Shown here piece by piece: positions 8,114 to 13,468 of a stretch of 13,468 nt of DNA (within the stretch, counting starts at the first letter, position 1; every line of letters starts with the position of its first letter). This DNA comes from Promethearchaeota archaeon (lineage in GTDB: Archaea > Asgardarchaeota > Lokiarchaeia > Sigyniarchaeales > SOKP01), in NCBI GenBank assembly GCA_048938895.1, contig JBHLLU010000084.1, forward strand, positions 1 to 13,468, in the 5' to 3' direction. Below the pieces are notes generated by a model. The model worked only from the letters and a program-made list of their open reading frames with translations. It did not search any database and was not told the DNA's origin. A program made the position numbers and the translations under genes.

Positions 8114-9373
8114 TTACGATACCTCTCTTGGATCTGTTATTTTTCCATTTATTGCTGAAGCTGCTATCGTTGCAGGGGATGCTAGGTAAACTTTTGAGCT
8201 TGGTGCTCCCATTCTTCCTATGAAATTACGATTTGAACTACTAATACAGACTTCTTCAGGTCCTAATACACCCATGTGCCCTCCTATGCATGGTCCACAG
8301 GTAGAATGTCCAACTATGGCTCCCGCATTTAAAAATATTTCTAATAGTCCTTCTCTCATCATCCTCTTATAAATTTCTGTTGATGCGGGGATAATAATTA
8401 ATCGTGTTTTCTGATTTACTCTTTTTCCTTTTAGAATTTCTGCTGCTATATAAAAATCTTCCATTCTTCCATTTGTACAACTCCCGATGAATGCCTGATC
8501 TATCTCAATACCCTCTTGGTCTTTAACAGCAGAAATATTCCCTGGATTTGAAGGTTTTGCTACAACAGGAATAAGTTCTGAGAGATCGTATTCGAATTCT
8601 TTTTCGTAGTTAGCTTCCTTATCAGGATGTACGAATTCATAAGGTACATTTGTTCTGTTTTTTAACCAATGTGCAATTTTATCATCTGGTAAAAACACGC
8701 CGAATTTCGCACCAGCTTCAACAACCATATTTGTGATGGTCATCCTTCCATCTACAGAAAGATCCTTGATTCCATCACCATGAAATTCCAATGATTTATA
8801 AATAGCACCCTTAGTAGATAAATCTCCAATTACTTTTAGAATGAAATCTTTTGACATTACTCTGTAATTTAATTTATTTGTGAGGTTAAATCTAAAAGAT
8901 TCAGGTACTTTGAACCATAAATTCCCTGTAGCAAATACATATGATACATCTGTAGCGCCAATACCTGTAGACAAACAATTAAAGGCACCATAAGTAGTTG
9001 TATGACTATCAGAACCCACAATTAACATTCCTGGCCTTGCAAAACCCATTTCTGGTAAAACTTGATGGCAAATTCCTTTGTTCAATCCAATATTATGAAC
9101 AAATTTATATTTTTCAGCAAAATTTCGGCAATCTTGATGCATTTCTGCCGCTGAAATTGTAGGTGCTGGAACCCAGTGATCCAAAATGAAAAATATTTTA
9201 TTAGGATCCCATACATAATCTAATCCTAATTTATTATATTCCTCATGAATTCTTCCACCTAATTGCTCATGGACCATTATTAGATCAATTTCACATTCAA
9301 TAAATTGTCCTGGGGTAATTTCTTTGAGATTTGTATGATTTAACAATATTTTTTCTGCAATTGTATAACTCAT
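8114..9373 (-). CDS. leuC: 3-isopropylmalate dehydratase/homoaconitase family large subunit (LeuC/HacA-like, 4Fe-4S)
   Basis: DHWVP, GICHQV, GSDSHTTTYGA, FIGSCTNGR, CGPCIGGH, SNRNFIGRMG, YLASP; 419 aa archaeal-type length. Exact substrate uncertain. Confidence 0.9.
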   Translation of the reverse strand: MSYTIAEKILLNHTNLKEITPGQFIECEIDLIMVHEQLGGRIHEEYNKLGLDYVWDPNKIFFILDHWVPAPTISAAEMHQDCRNFAEKYKFVHNIGLNKGICHQVLPEMGFARPGMLIVGSDSHTTTYGAFNCLSTGIGATDVSYVFATGNLWFKVPESFRFNLTNKLNYRVMSKDFILKVIGDLSTKGAIYKSLEFHGDGIKDLSVDGRMTITNMVVEAGAKFGVFLPDDKIAHWLKNRTNVPYEFVHPDKEANYEKEFEYDLSELIPVVAKPSNPGNISAVKDQEGIEIDQAFIGSCTNGRMEDFYIAAEILKGKRVNQKTRLIIIPASTEIYKRMMREGLLEIFLNAGAIVGHSTCGPCIGGHMGVLGPEEVCISSSNRNFIGRMGAPSSKVYLASPATIAASAINGKITDPREVS

Positions 9374-10647
9374 TATTCCTCACAAATTAATTCTTTATTT
9401 TCACATAGAGTAGTATAATCATTATCAAGCATTAATATTGATGTTCGTATTATTAAAGATGCTACCTGTAATACTTTTGGATCAACCTTATCAGGAGTAT
9501 CAACCTTATTATGTGTAAATTTTCCGGCATCTCTAGTTACGATATCAACAGAATCATATTTTCGTAAATGAAATGGAACTGAGTCTGTGTGTGCTCCTGT
9601 AGAGAGATGAAATCCGTTAATTTTTACATTTTCTTTAAGAGCTGCTTCATCTAAATATTTACTAAGAAGTGGTGCTATTTTCTTTCTAGGCAAGACACCA
9701 TACGATTTCAAATATTCTACTCTATTTCTCGAACTTCCCGCACAGGAGATCATGTCTAAATTAATATGAAAAGTTCTACCCTTTATGAATTGTTCTTCAT
9801 GTTTATTTACAAAATGCCTCGAACCCATTGTTCCTAGCTCCTCTGCTGAAAATTGGCAAAACCATAGATTGAAATGTTCAAGAGGATTTTCTTTAAAATA
9901 ACTACTTAAGACAAACACAATCGCCATTCCAGAAGCATTATCTAAAGCCCCTGGTGATTTATTTTGAGTATTTAGGAATAATAGAAAGATATTTGACATA
10001 GAAATTAAGATAGTGGAGACCCACATTCCAGTGCCTACAACAACTAAATGCAATTTTAGAGGAGTATAAGTCCGAATAAATAATGCAATTAAAAAACCAC
10101 CTAAAAAGATACCCCCATAAAGCCAAATTCGATAAAAGACAACTCTCCATGATGTTTTAAATGTTTGCGATTTAGAATCTAAGTGAGCTGAGATGATTAT
10201 ATTTCCCGCTTGGGTAACTGGTATTTGTTTTGAAGGGATTTTTACAAATATATTTGTTGCTGAGACGGTGTTTCCATAATATTCCCCCCAAAAGCCAGTA
10301 TTTTCTGGATGTCTCAATCCTTTAATAATTAGAAGAATTAAAAATACCCCTGTTCCAATAACAAAAATTGAAAGGTACAAATCAACATAAGCAAACATTA
10401 GAATAAATAAAGAGAAAGTCAAGTTAATAACCATAATAAGTTTTATCAGTGTTGTAGAGTAGAAATCAGAAAATTCAAAAAATTCTCTTTGTATTTGAGA
10501 ATTTTCAAATCCGATTTCTTTAAAAGTATCAATAGTAAGTTTTACAGCTTCCTTTTCTCCGTCTGTTCCTGCCAAACGGGGAAAACTAAATAATTTTACA
10601 TAATTGAATAGTCTATTTAAGTCAAACCAATGGTTCTTATCTCTCAT
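9373..10647 (-). CDS. M28-family zinc metallopeptidase with four internal TM segments
   Basis: PRLAGT, SAHLDS (H155), GALDNASG (D236), AEELG (E269/E270), NLDMI (D298), THNKVDTPDKVD (H379); hydrophobic hairpins at about aa 67-108 and 169-225. Confidence 0.88.
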   Translation of the reverse strand: MRDKNHWFDLNRLFNYVKLFSFPRLAGTDGEKEAVKLTIDTFKEIGFENSQIQREFFEFSDFYSTTLIKLIMVINLTFSLFILMFAYVDLYLSIFVIGTGVFLILLIIKGLRHPENTGFWGEYYGNTVSATNIFVKIPSKQIPVTQAGNIIISAHLDSKSQTFKTSWRVVFYRIWLYGGIFLGGFLIALFIRTYTPLKLHLVVVGTGMWVSTILISMSNIFLLFLNTQNKSPGALDNASGMAIVFVLSSYFKENPLEHFNLWFCQFSAEELGTMGSRHFVNKHEEQFIKGRTFHINLDMISCAGSSRNRVEYLKSYGVLPRKKIAPLLSKYLDEAALKENVKINGFHLSTGAHTDSVPFHLRKYDSVDIVTRDAGKFTHNKVDTPDKVDPKVLQVASLIIRTSILMLDNDYTTLCENKELICEE

Positions 10648-10650
10648 ACT

Positions 10651-10655
10651 CTCCT
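10651..10655 (-). promoter_or_regulatory. Shine-Dalgarno-like AGGAG upstream of M28 gene
   Basis: Minus strand reads ttAGGAGagtATG; similar GAGGA and GAGGT precede the leuC-like and leuD-like starts, and GAGGT precedes 12002. Confidence 0.4.
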
Positions 10656-10734
10656 AATAACCAAAAAGACTTGAATTTTATAATTAAAATTAGCCATTTT
10701 CTAAAATAGTGTTAGTAATTTATGCTTTGTCCTT

Positions 10735-11349
10735 TCATTTTTTAACTTTGCTAATGTTCAATTTTTCTAAGACCATCTTTTGTATTTTTTCTTGTACAAA
10801 TTCAATGATATCATTGGTATCAATTATATAGTATCCTTCTTGCTTCGCTCGAGTAAGATAGAGTTCACGTACTTTATCTAAAAAGGATGAGTCTTCAAAC
10901 TTTTCAGGTTCATCATCATTTTTTCGAGTTAATGCTATTTTTGGATCAATATCTAAAACTATAGTCAAATCTGGTAAGCCAACAAATTTATTCAATTCCT
11001 TTACCCATTCAACTGTAATATCATCAGATTGTACAGATTGATAGATTATTGACGATTCAATGTAGCGATCAGAAATCACAACATATCCTTCATCTAGCTT
11101 TCTCTTGATTTCATTGTGGTAATGTAAATCTCTATCTGCTGCAAACAATAGGGCATCAGTAGTAGGAGGAATTTCTTTATTCTTCAAGAATCTCCTAATT
11201 AATCTTCCTATTTCATTTTTGGATGGTTCGTGAGTAAGATAAATTTTAAATCCTTTGTATTCTAAAAAACTTGCAAGAAGTTTGCTATGAGTAGTTGTTC
11301 CTGAACCATCAACACCGTCTAATACGATAAAAAAAGGATTTTGAGTCAA
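10735..11349 (-). CDS. tmk: Thymidylate (dTMP) kinase
   Basis: FIVLDGVDGSGTTTH, THEP, LLFAADR, VISDRYIESSIIYQ, PDLTIVLD, KFE. No ATG is available near the start; TTG at 11349 (MTQNPFFIV) fits the usual length better than TTG at 11394. Confidence 0.88.
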   Translation of the reverse strand: MTQNPFFIVLDGVDGSGTTTHSKLLASFLEYKGFKIYLTHEPSKNEIGRLIRRFLKNKEIPPTTDALLFAADRDLHYHNEIKRKLDEGYVVISDRYIESSIIYQSVQSDDITVEWVKELNKFVGLPDLTIVLDIDPKIALTRKNDDEPEKFEDSSFLDKVRELYLTRAKQEGYYIIDTNDIIEFVQEKIQKMVLEKLNISKVKK

Positions 11350-11490
11350 AATACTGGTAAAAAAGTCAATAAATATTAATAGATTATAATTCAATAAGGA
11401 GTAATTAGATTTAATATTAATGAACGAGGAATATTAAATTTTTAGCGTGCTCCACAAAAGATTAAAATGATAAGTTAATTTAGTTTAATT

Positions 11491-11871
11491 ATGACAACTA
11501 AAAATCCCACTGGATTTTGTCCAAGATGTAACCAACAAGTTTTATTGAAACGTAAAGAATTTGATACTTGTTTAGCAATTATATTATTACTCTTTACAGG
11601 AATTGGATTTTTTATTTATTTAGGTGTATATTATAGCAGAAAAGAAAACAGATGTGTACACTGCGGAACTGAAATTGATATTTCCCAGACTAGGGATTCA
11701 GACGTATTTCAACCTCAAATGAAGGCACAATCAAGAGAACTTGCTATGCAAGGGAGCTTGTCTGAGAAAATCAAGGGAGAATTACCAAATTACTGTGCTC
11801 TCTGTGGAGAAAAATTGGAAGTAGGAATAAAATTTTGTCCTAATTGCGGGAGTAATATAACTGAAGATTGA
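11491..11871 (+). CDS. LITAF-like membrane zinc-binding protein with C-terminal zinc ribbon
   Basis: CPRC-x41 (containing LAIILLLFTGIGFFIYLGVYY)-CVHC, polar linker, CALC-x10-CPNCG. Confidence 0.75.
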   Translation: MTTKNPTGFCPRCNQQVLLKRKEFDTCLAIILLLFTGIGFFIYLGVYYSRKENRCVHCGTEIDISQTRDSDVFQPQMKAQSRELAMQGSLSEKIKGELPNYCALCGEKLEVGIKFCPNCGSNITED

Positions 11872-12001
11872 CTATGTCTATAATTTTGTATTGTCCTCTT
11901 TTCTAAATATGGGATCTATCAAAAATTGGTCTCAAGATCATTTAGATACCAATCTAATTTTCTATTAATTAAAGAATTTAAATTAATAAGAGGTAAAATA
12001 A

Positions 12002-12367
12002 ATGTATTGTTCTCATTGTAAAATGAATGTTGATACAAAAAAAATGGAATTTAATGTGGCACTAGCAATATTTCTGGCCATATTTACTGGAGGAATTGGG
12101 CTATTAATTTATCTTGCAATATATCTAGATCGAGAGAAGAGACCTCGTTGTGTTCACTGTGATTCTGTCTGTTATGTTCAAACAAATAACTCCCCAAGTA
12201 CAAATTATCAATTAGTGAGTGCTTCATCTCCAAGCCAGAATCAGAAAACGGTTTTAATTACTCGAAATAATAATGAAAAACCAAAATTCTGTTATAACTG
12301 TGGAGTTGAGTTAAATCAAGATGATGCTGCTCTATTCTGTCCTCTCTGTGGGACGAGAACTGAATAA
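12002..12367 (+). CDS. LITAF-like membrane zinc-binding protein with C-terminal zinc ribbon (paralogue of 11491..11871)
   Basis: CSHC-x43 (containing ALAIFLAIFTGGIGLLIYLAIYL)-CVHC, polar linker, CYNC-x12-CPLCG. Confidence 0.75.
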   Translation: MYCSHCKMNVDTKKMEFNVALAIFLAIFTGGIGLLIYLAIYLDREKRPRCVHCDSVCYVQTNNSPSTNYQLVSASSPSQNQKTVLITRNNNEKPKFCYNCGVELNQDDAALFCPLCGTRTE

Positions 12368-12454
12368 ATTTGAAATTTTTTTCATCTTTTTATTATTATT
12401 AGAATTAAAATGAATATGTTCCAGAGAAAATTGTTCATTATTTTATTAGTTCGG
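12368..12454. terminator. Possible T-rich archaeal-type terminator zone between convergent genes
   Basis: T7 and T5 runs (tttttttcatcttttt) shortly after the 12367 stop; no hairpin seen. Confidence 0.3.
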
Positions 12455-13468
12455 CTATTTTGAATCTAATGCTAGTTTTTCTTTAATTATTCTAAGAATT
12501 GTTGATTCAACAGGAGTGCATCCTTGGATAAATATACCATTTTCTTGTTGATGTGATGTACAATTTCCAATAAGAAACGTATCTGAATAAAGATCTGATT
12601 CCTTAATTCCTTTCCCTATTGCCAAATTCAAGGGTTCCTCAGGAGTAAAATGTTCATCAATATATTCTTTATTATTTTTCAATAAATTGAAAATTGTTGA
12701 TAAACAAGCTGAACAAGACTCAATATCTATTAGATTTACATTTTTAAATTTGATCTTTACTGATTTTGGGGGTGGTTCTAAAGGACTAATAAAATCATCA
12801 ATAGAACGGGGATTTGTTATAAGGTCTTTAATCGATTTAAGTGATGGTTTTTGCGTTTCCGAAATTAATTTTAAATGAGGAACATCTTCAAGTTTCCAAT
12901 CTGGTCTAGATATAGCAAGAGCAACGATATCTGCTGCTAAGAAATTGGTTGAAGCTATAATTGTATCTAATTTTCTACAATTTCCTGACGATGGTCCCAT
13001 TCCTTCGAGTGCATATGAAGCATCAATTATCGCTAAATTAGGGACTATAACATGCTGAAGATCTGCAATGGCAATATCTAATTCTTTTATAAGTTTCATT
13101 GATTCTTTAAATTCTTCAATTAATTCTGGTACCTGAAAGTGATGGAGTTTTATTTTATCCCTTTTGTAAATCAATCCCTTCATATTTTTAAAACTTAGTG
13201 AAGCTCCACAATGCATATGCATCTTCAATACAGGAATAGAAATAAAATAATCAATTTCATGGAAATATCCTGTTAGTCTTATGCTTTTTAGAATTTTTCC
13301 ATTTGGGATTTCTATCTTCACAGGGGGTCGTTTATCTAAATCGATAAAATGGAGGTTTTCATCTTTTATTAATTTATTATAGCCTGATTGTTCAAAAGCT
13401 TTATGAGTATCAGTATTAATAATTGGGGAATCACCGATAAGAAATCTAGCTTGATATCGGTCTTTAAG
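12455..13468 (-). CDS. DUF362-domain protein with C-terminal Cys-motif (putative Fe-S) domain; 5'-truncated by window edge
   Basis: Frame stays open past the GTG at 13321 to the window end (LKDRYQARFLIGDSPIINTDTHKAFEQSGY...). DUF362-type motifs IGDSP, PVLKMH...SLSFKNMKG, IIDA...EGMGP..G, AAD; C-terminal CSAC, GNC, GCTP. Confidence 0.85.
   Translation of the reverse strand, partial: LKDRYQARFLIGDSPIINTDTHKAFEQSGYNKLIKDENLHFIDLDKRPPVKIEIPNGKILKSIRLTGYFHEIDYFISIPVLKMHMHCGASLSFKNMKGLIYKRDKIKLHHFQVPELIEEFKESMKLIKELDIAIADLQHVIVPNLAIIDASYALEGMGPSSGNCRKLDTIIASTNFLAADIVALAISRPDWKLEDVPHLKLISETQKPSLKSIKDLITNPRSIDDFISPLEPPPKSVKIKFKNVNLIDIESCSACLSTIFNLLKNNKEYIDEHFTPEEPLNLAIGKGIKESDLYSDTFLIGNCTSHQQENGIFIQGCTPVESTILRIIKEKLALDSK

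Noticed and set aside
9959-10150. 63-aa alternate-frame ORF in the M28 gene
   Set aside because: Short, no motifs, nested in an intact gene.
11350-11394. Hydrophobic 15-aa N-terminal extension on Tmk
   Set aside because: Probably AT-rich promoter DNA translated from an upstream TTG; the 11349 start gives a normal protein.
12687-12878. 63-aa plus-strand ORF
   Set aside because: Antisense shadow of the DUF362 gene.

Overview
AT-rich (roughly 30% GC by eye), densely coding chromosomal window. Gene style points to an archaeon, probably Asgard (Lokiarchaeia-like); this is inference, not a database result. The left half is a three-gene minus-strand cell-surface cluster. Gene one (1193 aa) is a predicted type-I membrane protein with a signal peptide, a caspase/metacaspase-like (C14) domain that has a CUB-like domain inserted between the catalytic His and Cys, about 21 Asp-rich TSP3-like repeats including a recent 69-bp tandem expansion rich in N-glycosylation sequons, a TM helix and a cytoplasmic TPR-like plus zinc-ribbon tail. 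Gene two is a 2-TM protein with two Cys4 sites. Gene three is a >808-aa exported protein with lectin-like/Ig-like repeats; it is missing from the ORF track because it runs off the left edge. The right half holds an HDIG HD-domain protein, a coupled M28 peptidase-LeuC/HacA-LeuD/HacB unit, a thymidylate kinase with a non-canonical P-loop, two tandem LITAF-like membrane zinc proteins, and a 5'-truncated DUF362 protein. No RNA genes, CRISPR arrays or mobile elements were recognised.
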